Positions 18,805 to 28,621 of a stretch of 28,621 nt of DNA are shown here, piece after piece (position 1 is the first letter of the stretch; each line of letters starts with the position of its first letter). Under the pieces are notes generated by a model, which ran no database searches, was not told the origin of the DNA, and saw nothing but the letters and a program-made list of their open reading frames with translations. The DNA comes from a virus (lineage: Duplodnaviria; Heunggongvirae; Uroviricota; Caudoviricetes). A program made the position numbers and the translations under genes. Location: the IMG/VR virus record IMGVR_UViG_2939147180_000004. The stretch is one strand, 5' to 3'.

Positions 18805-18830
18805 ACGGGGCGGGAGCGTCGCGGAAAAAG
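18805..18830 (+). other. cos-like site (cosN candidate GGGCGGGAGCGT)
   Basis: GGGGCGGGAGCGTCGCGG (18807..18824) resembles the lambda cohesive end GGGCGGCGACCTCGCGG; lies about 190 bp upstream of the terminase small-subunit-like start, the same spacing as cosN to Nu1 in lambda. Confidence 0.35.
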
Positions 18831-19004
18831 GCTAGTTTTTGCATTTCCATGGCGGCGGCAGCATGTTTGGTAATTTATTGATAATTAAAAAGTTATTTCT
18901 CTTTTCAGCTGTACAATATTTTTTTCTCCCTGTCATTAGACTAGTTTGCAATTAATTGAAATATATAAATAAACCTGATTTTCACCTGCCAGATGGAGTT
19001 GCTT

Positions 19005-19549
19005 ATGTCAAATGTGAGCGGGATCGGTGATGCTTATTACTGGAGTGTTTTTAAAATCGCCGAGGCCTTTGGGCTTCACCGGGACACAGTAAAAAAACGG
19101 CTCCTCGCGGCCAACACTCCTGTGGCTGCGACTGTCAGGGGGAACCCCGTTACCGGTTTGTCGCCTTAACCGATTACGACCGTTTTCCGGAGAATATCGA
19201 CAGCGAGGGTGATGGTTTCTCCCAGGCCTCAAAACGTACCACCACATTTATGTCCGCCGGGATGACTCTGGTGGAGAGCTCGCCGGGACGTGACATCTGC
19301 GACAGCAAATGGCGACGTAAGTCGCCTCATGAAGCGCCACCGACGACTGGTATTCTTTCCCTTTACAATCGTGGTGACCGCCGCCGCTGGTACTGGCCAT
19401 GTCCGCACTGCGGTGAATATTTTCAGCCAGCCATGGATGCCATGACCGGCTACCGTAATGAACCGGATCCCTTTAAAGCCAGTGATGCGCTGTATGCCGG
19501 TATGGAACGGGCAGACGCTGACGTTCGTGCAGGACCGACCATCAGATAA
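19005..19549 (+). pseudogene. Terminase gene remnants (small-subunit-like N-terminus, then large-subunit-like fragment in a different frame)
   Basis: ATG 19005 with GGAG RBS gives a 54-codon ORF (MSNVSGIGDAYYWSVFKIAEAFGLHRDTVKKRLL...) ending 19169. An overlapping second frame contains ...RRRWYWPCPHCGEYFQP..., like the lambda gpA segment ...CPHCGEE... Neither is full length. Confidence 0.5.
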
Positions 19550-21929
19550 GGTGTGGACCTATAACCGCAGTAATGTGGTGATGCCGGATGATGGCGCGCC
19601 GTTCCGCTACAGCTTCAGCGCCCTGAAGGACCGCCATAATGCCGTTGAGGTGAACTGGATTGACCCGAACAACGGCTGGGAGACGGCGACAGAGCTTGTT
19701 GAAGATACGCAGGCCATTGCCCGTTACGGTCGTAATGTCACGAAGATGGATGCCTTTGGCTGTACCAGCCGGGGGCAGGCACACCGCGCCGGGCTGTGGC
19801 TGATTAAAACGGAACTGCTGGAGACGCAGACCGTGGATTTCAGCGTGGGTGCTGAAGGGCTTCGCCATGTACCGGGCGATGTCATTGAAATCTGCGATGA
19901 TGACTATGCCGGTATCAGCACCGGCGGGCGCGTGCTGGCGGTAAACAGCCAGACCCGGACGCTGACGCTCGACCGTGAAATCACGCTGCCATCTTCCGGC
20001 ACCACGCTGATAAGCCTGGTTGACGGGCAGGGGAGTCCGGTCAGCGTGGAGGTTCAGTCCGTCACCGACGGCGTGAAGGTAAAAGTGAGCCGTGTTCCTG
20101 ACGGTGTTGCTGAATACAGCGTATGGGGGCTGAAGCTGCCGACGCTGCGCCAGCGACTGTTCCGCTGCGTGAGTATCCGTGAGAACGACGACGGCACGTA
20201 TGCCATCACCGCCGTGCAGCATGTGCCGGAAAAAGAGGCCATCGTGGATAACGGGGCGCACTTTGACGGCGACCAGAGCGGCACGGTGAATGGTGTCACG
20301 CCGCCAGCGGTGCAGCACCTGACTGCCGAAGTCACCGCAGACAGCGGGGAGTATCAGGTACTGGCCCGCTGGGACACGCCGAAGGTGGTGAAGGGGGTGA
20401 GCTTTATGCTTCGCCTGACCGTGGCAGCGGACGACGGCAGTGAGCGGCTGGTCAGCACGGCCCGGACGACAGAAACCACATACCGCTTCACGCAACTGGC
20501 GCTGGGACGGTACACGCTGACAGTCCGGGCGGTAAATGCGTGGGGACAGCAGGGCGATCCGGCGTCGGTATCGTTCCGGATTGCCGCACCGGTAGCACCG
20601 TCGCGGATTGAGCTGACGCCGGGCTATTTTCAGATAACTGCCACGCCGCATCTTGCGGTTTATGATCCGACGGTACAGTTTGAGTTCTGGTTCTCGGAAA
20701 CGCGGATTACCGATATCAGGCAGGTTGAAACCACAGCCCGCTACCTTGGTGCGGGGCTGTACTGGATAGCCGCCAGTATCAATATCAAACCGGGCCATGA
20801 TTATTACTTTTATATCCGCAGTGTGAACACCGTTGGCAAATCGGCATTCGTGGAGGCTGTTGGTCAGCCGAGTGATGACGCATCCGGCTATCTGGATTTT
20901 TTCAAAGGCGAGATAGGGAAAACCCATCTGGCTCAGGAGCTGTGGACGCAGATTGATAACGGTCAGCTTGCGCCTGACCTGGCTGAAATCAGGACGTCCA
21001 TTACGGATGTCAGCAATGAAATCACGCAGACCGTCAATAAGAAACTGGAAGACCAGAGTGCAGCGATCCAGCAGATACAGAAGGTTCAGGTTGATACAAA
21101 TAATAACCTGAACAGCATGTGGGCTGTGAAGCTGCAGCAGATGCAGGACGGACGCCTTTATATCGCGGGTATTGGTGCCGGTATTGAGAACACCCCTGAC
21201 GGCATGCAGAGTCAGGTGCTGCTGGCAGCAGACAGGATTGCGATGATTAATCCTGCGAATGGCAACACAAAGCCGATGTTTGTTGGGCAGGGCGATCAGA
21301 TATTCATGAACGAAGTGTTCCTGAAACGCCTGACGGCTCCCACCATTACCAGCGGCGGTAATCCTCCGGTATTTTCCCTGACACCGGACGGGCGGCTGAC
21401 GGCGAAAAATGCCGATATCAGCGGTAACGTGAATGCGAACTCCGGGACGCTCAACAACGTCACGATTAACGAGAACTGTCGGGTTCTGGGAAAACTGTCC
21501 GCCAACCAGATTGAAGGCGATCTCGTTAAAACAGTGGGCAAAGCTTTCCCCCGGGACTCCCGTGCACCGGAACGGTGGCCATCAGGGACCATCACCGTCA
21601 GGGTTTATGACGATCAGCCGTTTGACCGGCAGATTGTTATTCCGGCGGTGGCATTCAGCGGCGCTAAACATGAGCGGGAGAATAACGATATTTATTCGTC
21701 ATGCCGCCTGATAGTACGGAAAAACGGTGCTGAAATTTATAACCGTACCGCGCTGGATAATACGCTGATTTACAGTGGTGTTATTGATATGCCTGCCGGT
21801 CACGGTCACATGACACTGGAGTTTTCGGTGTCAGCATGGCTGGTAAATAACTGGTATCCCACAGCAAGTATCAGCGATTTGCTGGTTGTGGTGATGAAGA
21901 AAGCCACTGCAGGCATCACGATTAGCTGA
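19458..21929 (+). pseudogene. J: Host-specificity/central tail fibre protein J, 5'-truncated (about the C-terminal 790 codons)
   Basis: Near-colinear with my recollection of lambda gpJ from ...[40 protein letters not shown]... to the C-terminus. The 5' boundary is approximate and abuts the terminase remnants; no upstream tail genes. Confidence 0.85.
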
Positions 21930-21947
21930 ATTTTATAACCCAGATAC

Positions 21948-21973
21948 GGGCGCCAGAAATGGCGCCTTTTTTA
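21948..21973 (+). terminator. Rho-independent terminator after J
   Basis: GGCGCC / GGCGCC stem (21949..21954, 21961..21966), loop AGAAAT, then T6. Confidence 0.6.
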
Positions 21974-21996
21974 TTGCAGAAAAGCGAGAGGTAATT

Positions 21997-22596
21997 ATGC
22001 GTAAAGTTTGTGCAGCCATTTTGTCCGCAGCCATCTGTCTGGCCGTATCCGGTGCGCCTGCATGGGCGTCTGAGCAGCAGGCCACACTGAGCGCAGGGTA
22101 TCTTCATGCCTCGACGAACGTTCCCGGTAGTGATGATCTGAACGGGATTAACGTGAAATACCGTTATGAGTTTACGGACACGCTGGGGCTGATTACGTCA
22201 TTCAGTTATGCCAACGCTGAAGATGAGCAAAAAACGCATTACAGCGATACCCGCTGGCATGAGGATTCCGTGCGTAACCGCTGGTTCAGCGTGATGGCGG
22301 GGCCGTCTGTGCGCGTGAATGAATGGTTCAGCGCGTATGCGATGGCGGGTGTGGCTTACAGCCGTGTGTCGACTTTCTCCGGGGATTATCTCCGCGTAAC
22401 TGACAACAAGGGGAAAACGCACGATGTGCTGACCGGAAGTGATGACGGTCGCCACAGCAACACGTCTCTGGCGTGGGGGGCTGGCGTGCAGTTTAACCCG
22501 ACCGAATCCGTGGCCATTGATATTGCTTATGAAGGTTCCGGCAGTGGTGACTGGCGCACTGACGGTTTCATCGTGGGTGTCGGTTATAAATTCTGA
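21997..22596 (+). CDS. lom: Lom-family outer membrane protein (Ail/Lom/PagC), 199 aa
   Basis: Signal peptide MRKVCAAILSAAICLAVSGAPAWA; C-terminus ...YEGSGSGDWRTDGFIVGVGYKF matches my recollection of lambda Lom; GAGAGG RBS. Confidence 0.85.
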   Translation: MRKVCAAILSAAICLAVSGAPAWASEQQATLSAGYLHASTNVPGSDDLNGINVKYRYEFTDTLGLITSFSYANAEDEQKTHYSDTRWHEDSVRNRWFSVMAGPSVRVNEWFSAYAMAGVAYSRVSTFSGDYLRVTDNKGKTHDVLTGSDDGRHSNTSLAWGAGVQFNPTESVAIDIAYEGSGSGDWRTDGFIVGVGYKF

Positions 22597-22623
22597 TTAG
22601 CCAGGTAACACAGTGTTATGACA

Positions 22624-22650
22624 GCCCGCCGGTTCAGGCGGGTTTTTTTG
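22624..22650 (+). terminator. Rho-independent terminator after lom
   Basis: CCCGCC / GCGGG stem with GGTTCAG loop followed by T7. Confidence 0.6.
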
Positions 22651-22660
22651 TGGGGGGAAT

Positions 22661-25498
22661 ATGGCAGTACGGATTTCAGGTGTACTGAAAGATGGCGCAG
22701 GTAAGCCGATACAAAACTGCACCATTCAGCTAAAGGCCAGGCGCAACAGCACCACGGTGGTGGTGAACACAGTGGCCTCAGAAAACCCGGATGAAGCCGG
22801 GCGTTATAGCATGGACGTTGAGTACGGTCAGTACAGCGTTATTCTGTTGGTGGAAGGCTTCCCGCCATCGCATGCCGGGACCATCACCGTGTATGAAGAC
22901 TCACAACCGGGTACGCTGAATGATTTTCTCGGTGCCATGACGGAGGATGATGTCCGTCCGGAGGCACTGCGCCGCTTTGAACTGATGGTGGAAGAGGTGG
23001 CGCGTAACGCGTCCGCAGTGGCACAGAACACGGCAGCCGCGAAGAAGTCAGCCAGTGATGCCCGCACATCAGCCCGTGAGGCGGCAACCCATGCGACTGA
23101 TGCTGCGGACTCCGCACGCGCAGCCAGCACGTCAGCCGGACAGGCCGCGTCGTCGGCTCAGTCAGCGTCTTCCAGCGCAGGAACGGCATCAACAAAGGCT
23201 ACTGAAGCATCAAAAAGTGCTGCCGCTGCAGAGTCTTCAAAAAGCGCGGCAGCCACCAGTGCCGGTGCAGCGAAAACGTCAGAAACGAATGCCGCAGCAT
23301 CACAAAAATCTGCGGCCACTTCTGCATCCACCGCGACCACGAAAGCGTCAGAAGCTGCCACCTCAGCCCGGGATGCGTCGGCTTCAAAAGTGGCGGCAAA
23401 ATCATCAGAAACGAGCGCAGCCTCGAGCGCCGGCAGTGCAGCTTCCTCGGCAACGGCGGCAGGAAATTCCGCGAAGGCCGCAAAAACGTCTGAGATGAAT
23501 GCGGATAACAGCGCACAGGCGGCAGCAGACTCACAAACTGCATCGGCAAATTCCGCGACAGCAGCCAAAAAATCAGAAACCAACGCGAAAAATAGTGAGT
23601 CAGCAGCAAAGGTCAGCGAAACCAACGCTAAAGCGTCAGAGAACAAGGCGAAAGAATATCTCGACAAGGTCGGGGGACTCGTCAGCCCGATGACGCAATA
23701 CGATTGGCCCGTTGTTACTGGTAATGAGTCTTTTTACATAAAGATCGCGAAACTTTCCGATCCCGGAAGCAACAATTGCCATGTAACGCTAATGGTTACT
23801 AACGGCGGTGACTACGGCTCCCCTTACGGAAACATTGACTTTATCGAGATCTCGGCGCGCGGTCTGCCTTCTTCGCTTACTGCTGATAATGTATCTCGTT
23901 ACCTGAGTATACGCCGTTTAGGGCCAACCGGGCTAATCAATAGCATGCAAATGCGTTACGGCCTGGTTAAAGATGATGGCTTTATTGAGGTTTGGGCCTT
24001 CCAGCGTGCATTTATCAACGGCGCAAAGGTTGCGGTACTGGCGCAGACGGCACGCACGGAATTATACATTCCAGACGGATTTGTTAAGCAAACCGCCGCG
24101 CCTTCTGGATATGTTGAAAGCCCCGTTGTAAGGATTTACGACCAGTTAAACAAGCCGACTAAAGCAGATTTGGGTCTTTCTAATGCTATGCTTACAGGCG
24201 CTTTCGGTCTTGGCGGTAGCGGGATATCAACAAACGGCAAGATGAGCGATGTAGAGATCTTAAAAGCTCTGCGTGACAAAGGTGGTCATTTCTGGCGCGG
24301 TGATAAGCCGACCGGAAGCACGGCGACCATTTATAGCCACGGTTCTGGTATATTCTCGCGGTGCGGCGATACGTGGTCAGCGATCAATATCGACTACTCA
24401 ACCGCGAAGATTAAGATCTATGCCGGCAACGATGCCCGGCTTAACAACGGGACTTTTAGCGTCAATGAGCTATACGGCTCGGCAAACAAGCCGTCGAAAT
24501 CGGATGTTGGACTTGGCAACGTAACGAACGATGCGCAGGTAAAAAAAACCGGCGATACAATGACCTGTGACTTGACAATCAAAAAAGGTACACCGTCAGT
24601 CTTCCTGCGGGCAGACAGTGGAGTCACCGCTTTGCGGTTTTATACTGGCGATAACACAGAGCGCGGCATAATCTATGCTGGTCCTAACACTGATTCGCTT
24701 GGCGAAGTTCGCATCAGGGCAAAGACAGCAGGGGGGACATCAGGAGGGGATCTTGTTGTTCGTCACGACGGGAGGGTTGAAGTCCGTGATCTCACAGTAG
24801 CGTATAAAATTAAAAGCAGAACGATTGAGATTGCAAATACCGACACTGACTCATCGGCAACTACGCTCAGCATCTATGGAGTACAGCACACGCCGTTGGT
24901 TTTAACGCGTTCTGGTTCTTCTGAAAATGTGTCCATTGGGTTTAAGTTAGACAACATGAACCCAAAGTATCTTGGAATTGATACTAATGGGGATCTGGCT
25001 TTTGGTGAGAGTCCTGATCAGAAACAAAACAGCAAATTGATCACGCAAGCGAAACTCGACAAGGGATTAACGATTGGTGGTCAACTGGCTTTCAAAGGTA
25101 CGACAGCGTTTTCAGCCGTTGCTACGTTCAGTGCCGGGATAGCAGGAGCCATCGAGCCGGAAAACATTGACGGCCAGACGGTTAATCTTAACAACCTGAC
25201 CATCATCAAGTCAGATGCCGGGGCAGTTAAATACTATATTTGTCCATCCTCTGCAGGTGGTGCAAATATTACCAATAAGCCTGACGGCATAGCCGGTAAC
25301 TTTTTGCTCCGTGTAGAGTCGACTCGTAAGGTTAGGGATTCAGATTATGCGAACATGCAAACGCTGATTAACAGCGACACAAAACGTATATACGTTCGCT
25401 TTGTTGTTAATGGAAACTGGACAGCGTGGAGTCAGGTTGTTGTTTCCGGATGGAATCAGGATATAACTGTCAGGTCGTTAACTAGACTGGCCCCCTGA
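22661..25498 (+). pseudogene. stf: Side tail fibre protein (lambda Stf-like), N-terminal about 940 codons; reading frame ends inside an IS2 fragment
   Basis: N-terminus MAVRISGVLKDGAGKPIQNCTIQLKARRNSTTVVVNT... and the Ala/Ser/Thr-rich repeat region match my recollection of lambda Stf. The last 5 codons and the stop (25483..25498) are IS2-derived. Confidence 0.85.
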
Positions 25499-25613
25499 AT
25501 CTCCAGACAACCAATATCACTTAAATAAGTGATAGTCTTAATACTAGTTTTTAGACTAGTCATTGGAGAACAGATGATTGATGTCTTAGGGCCGGAGAAA
25601 CGCAGACGGCGTA
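25483..25613 (+). mobile_element. Solo 131-bp fragment of the IS2 left end (IRL through the insC start region)
   Basis: 131 bp identical to positions 1-131 of the full IS2 copy at 25656..25786; the match ends abruptly (GTA|AGTAAGA versus GTA|CCACACA). Confidence 0.85.
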
Positions 25614-25746
25614 AGTAAGATGCTGTCGCTAAAAAATTTCTTTAGCGGAGCTGAGTAGACTGGCCCCCTGAATCTCCAGACAACCAATATCACTTAAATA
25701 AGTGATAGTCTTAATACTAGTTTTTAGACTAGTCATTGGAGAACAG

Positions 25747-26112
25747 ATGATTGATGTCTTAGGGCCGGAGAAACGCAGACGGCGTACCACACAGGAAAAG
25801 ATCGCAATTGTTCAGCAGAGCTTTGAACCGGGGATGACGGTCTCCCTCGTTGCCCGGCAACATGGTGTAGCAGCCAGCCAGTTATTTCTCTGGCGTAAGC
25901 AATACCAGGAAGGAAGTCTTACTGCTGTCGCCGCCGGAGAACAGGTTGTTCCTGCCTCTGAACTTGCTGCCGCCATGAAGCAGATTAAAGAACTCCAGCG
26001 CCTGCTCGGCAAGAAAACGATGGAAAATGAACTCCTCAAAGAAGCCGTTGAATATGGACGGGCAAAAAAGTGGATAGCGCACGCGCCCTTATTGCCCGGG
26101 GATGGGGAGTAA
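25747..26112 (+). CDS. insC: IS2 transposase OrfA (InsC, 121 aa)
   Basis: Identical protein to copy 1; the A6G slippery heptamer AAAAAAG (26064..26070) lies in the insC/insD overlap. Confidence 0.9.
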
Positions 26113-26975
26113 GCTTAGTCAGCCGTTGTCTCCGGGTGTCGCGTGCGCAGTTGCACGTCATTCTCAGACGAACCGATGACTGGATGGATGGCCGCCGCAG
26201 TCGTCACACTGATGATACGGATGTGCTTCTCCGTATACACCATGTTATCGGAGAGCTGCCCACGTATGGTTATCGTCGGGTATGGGCGCTGCTTCGCAGA
26301 CAGGCAGAACTTGATGGTATGCCTGCGATCAATGCCAAACGTGTTTACCGGATCATGCGCCAGAATGCGCTGTTGCTTGAGCGAAAACCTGCTGTACCGC
26401 CATCGAAACGGGCACATACAGGCAGAGTGGCCGTGAAAGAAAGCAATCAGCGATGGTGCTCTGACGGGTTCGAGTTCTGCTGTGATAACGGAGAGAGACT
26501 GCGTGTCACGTTCGCGCTGGACTGCTGTGATCGTGAGGCACTGCACTGGGCGGTCACTACCGGCGGCTTCAACAGTGAAACAGTACAGGACGTCATGCTG
26601 GGAGCGGTGGAACGCCGCTTCGGCAACGATCTTCCGTCGTCTCCAGTGGAGTGGCTGACGGATAATGGTTCATGCTACCGGGCTAATGAAACACGCCAGT
26701 TCGCCCGGATGTTGGGACTTGAACCGAAGAACACGGCGGTGCGGAGTCCGGAGAGTAACGGAATAGCAGAGAGCTTCGTGAAAACGATAAAGCGTGACTA
26801 CATCAGTATCATGCCCAAACCAGACGGGTTAACGGCAGCAAAGAACCTTGCAGAGGCGTTCGAGCATTATAACGAATGGCATCCGCATAGTGCGCTGGGT
26901 TATCGCTCGCCACGGGAATATCTGCGGCAGCGGGCTTGTAATGGGTTAAGTGATAACAGATGTCTGGAAATATAG
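26070..26975 (+). CDS. insD: IS2 transposase OrfB (InsD, 301 aa)
   Basis: Identical protein to copy 1; -1 frame relative to insC. Confidence 0.9.
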
Positions 26976-26986
26976 GGGCAAATCCA

Positions 26987-27759
26987 CTGAGATACTGTTA
27001 AATGGTAATGACGGCACGGTTCAACTCAAAACAGGTGCTGTTAACGGGGCTACAGCGCAGGCGCTCACTATCAACAGGAATGAGGTTAACTCAACTGTTG
27101 ATTTAACCCTTACAAAACAATCAGGGACTGGCAATCGTTTTGTTTTACAGAACTCAGGTAATGCAGAACTACCGTTTTCTGTCAGGGTGTGGGGTTCCAG
27201 TACTCGACAAAACGTTTTTGAGGTTGGCACGTCTGCTGCGTATCTGTTTTATGCGCAAAAAACGTCAGCAGGCCAGTTGTTTGATGTAAATGGCGCTATT
27301 AATTGCACAACGCTGAATCAGTCATCAGACCGCGACCTTAAAGACGATATTCTCGTTATCAGCGACGCGACGAAAGCAATCCGTAAAATGAACGGATACA
27401 CCTACACGCTCAGGGAAAACGGGATGCCTTATGCTGGCGTTATTGCACAGGAAGTAATGGAGGCGATACCAGAAGCTGTGGGATCGTTTACTCATTATGG
27501 TGAAGAGTTGCAAGGTCCGACCGTTGACGGCAACGAGCTACGCGAAGAAACGCGCTATCTTAATGTTGACTACGCCGCCGTGACGGGCTTACTTGTTCAG
27601 TTCGCCCGTGAAACAGATGATCGCGTTACCGCGCTGGAAGAGGAAAACACAACGCTACGTCAAAATCTGGCAACAGCAGACACCCGGATCAGCACTCTGG
27701 AAAATCAGGTAAGCGAACTGGTTGCACTTGTCCGGCAGTTAACAGGAAGCGAACATTGA
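26987..27759 (+). pseudogene. Tail fibre C-terminal fragment with intramolecular-chaperone (peptidase S74-like) domain, separated from its 5' end by IS2
   Basis: With IS2 and one CTGAG copy removed, an ORF starts at ATG 25620 (MLSLKNFFSGAEILLNGNDG...) and continues to 27759. It contains ...SDRDLKDDI... and a C-terminal heptad-like region as in tail-spike chaperone domains. The ORF-track 26950 start lies inside IS2. Confidence 0.6.
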
Positions 27760-27933
27760 TATCCTTCAAGCTCTGAAGGAGGCTGTTCCCGGTACGTTCA
27801 GACTGTTGTTGAGCTGGAAATCGCAACGGAGGAAGAAACCTTGTTGCTGGAAGCCTGGAAAAAGTATCGGGTGTTGCTGAACCGTGTTGATACGTCAACT
27901 GCACAGGATATTGAATGGCCAGCACTGCCGTAG
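27760..27933 (+). pseudogene. Tail fibre assembly gene remnant (tfa C-terminus, no start codon)
   Basis: Frame immediately after, and in frame with, the tail-fibre stop encodes ...[45 protein letters not shown], which resembles the conserved Tfa C-terminal end; no ATG. Confidence 0.5.
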
Positions 27934-28030
27934 GGTAAAACATATAAATTCTATAATTAGATGTATCTTTCCATTTACGGCAAGGAAGGGGGCTTGGAAG
28001 ACGTAAAGCATCTCACACCGAGATTATTTT

Positions 28031-28621
28031 TTATATGTCAGGTGTCTGAAGTTTTGCTTTGGCTCTTAAAATGGTTTGCCGCGAGGTTTTGAATTCCCGG
28101 GCAATGGCACTTATACTTACACCTGACTTAATTCGTTCGAATACCACCTGTTTCTGTTCTTCATTTAACACAGGTGGTCGACCAAAACGTTTCCCTGCGC
28201 CGCGGGCTCTTACTATCCCGGAATGAGTGCGTTCAAGTAAAAGGTCTCGTTCAAATTCAGCGACTGCTGAAATTACGTGCATCATCATTTTTCCTGTTGG
28301 ACTGGTCAGGTCAATGCCCCCCAATGCTAAGCAATGCACTCTGATACCTGTTTCGGTCAGTTGTTCCACTGTTTTCCTGATATCCATTGCATTACAACCA
28401 AGGTGATCCAGTTTTGTCACAATCAATTGATCACCACATTTCAGGCGAGCAAGCAACCGGTTAAAACCAGGACGCTCACTGGTTGCTGCTGAGCCGCTAA
28501 TGTGTTCTTCGATTATTTGCTGAGGTTTGATTTTAAAACCTGCACTTTCGATTTCCCGGCGTTGATTTTCGGTGGTCTGATCCAGCGTTGATATCCGACA
28601 GTAAGCAAAAATTCGAGACAT
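28031..28621 (-). CDS. pin: Serine recombinase / DNA invertase (PinR/PinQ-like), 196 aa
   Basis: [15 protein letters not shown]... with catalytic Ser in the CRIST context and a C-terminal HTH (...[22 protein letters not shown]...); start codon at the window edge. Confidence 0.85.
   Translation of the reverse strand: MSRIFAYCRISTLDQTTENQRREIESAGFKIKPQQIIEEHISGSAATSERPGFNRLLARLKCGDQLIVTKLDHLGCNAMDIRKTVEQLTETGIRVHCLALGGIDLTSPTGKMMMHVISAVAEFERDLLLERTHSGIVRARGAGKRFGRPPVLNEEQKQVVFERIKSGVSISAIAREFKTSRQTILRAKAKLQTPDI

Larger units (their letters stand above)
25656..26986 (+). mobile_element. IS2 (IS3 family), complete 1331-bp copy, transposase genes on plus strand
   Basis: Begins TAGACTGGCCCCCTGAATCTCC, ends ...TATAGGGGCAAATCCA; flanked by a perfect 5-bp direct repeat CTGAG (25651..25655 and 26987..26991). 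Confidence 0.95.

Noticed and set aside
19542-20927. 461-aa minus-strand ORF antisense to J
   Set aside because: Lies entirely inside the well-supported J reading frame; Arg/Pro/Gly-rich low-complexity translation typical of the antisense strand of a GC-rich gene; no RBS.
22828-23693. Several ORFs of 64-169 aa on both strands within the stf 5' region
   Set aside because: They overlap the Ala/Ser/Thr-rich repetitive coding region of the side tail fibre; alternative frames of such repeats stay open by composition, not by selection.

Overview
This window reads as a defective, mosaic lambdoid prophage from an enterobacterial (E. coli/Shigella-type) genome, laid out in lambda gene order. All calls rest on reading the supplied ORF translations and the DNA by eye; no database search or computation was run, and family assignments are from memory. 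Left to right: integrase, excisionase and a RecE-like/DnaQ-domain exonuclease on the minus strand; a divergent region with no recognisable repressor or Cro; an O-like replication initiator carrying ori iterons; a ren-like gene split by IS2; DUF208 and DUF968 genes; Q antiterminator with a late promoter/terminator module; a ~3 kb cargo island (Blc-like lipoprotein, DUF523-DUF1722 fusion, AraC regulator); a pinholin / SAR-endolysin / Rz-Rz1 lysis cassette interrupted by a DUF1327 gene and a convergent antisense ORF; cspI/ynfN/gnsB-like small genes; a cos-like site; terminase remnants joined to the 3' part of J; lom; a side tail fibre gene split by a solo IS2 end plus a full IS2; a tfa remnant; and a Pin-type invertase. 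Two full 1331-bp IS2 copies lie in inverted orientation, each with an intact 5-bp target duplication. No rRNA, tRNA or CRISPR array was recognised. The most unusual loci are the Q-to-holin cargo island, the antisense gene inside the lysis cassette, the repressor-less divergent region with a convergent overlapping gene pair, and the two Fe-S nucleobase-enzyme homologues (DUF208, DUF523).
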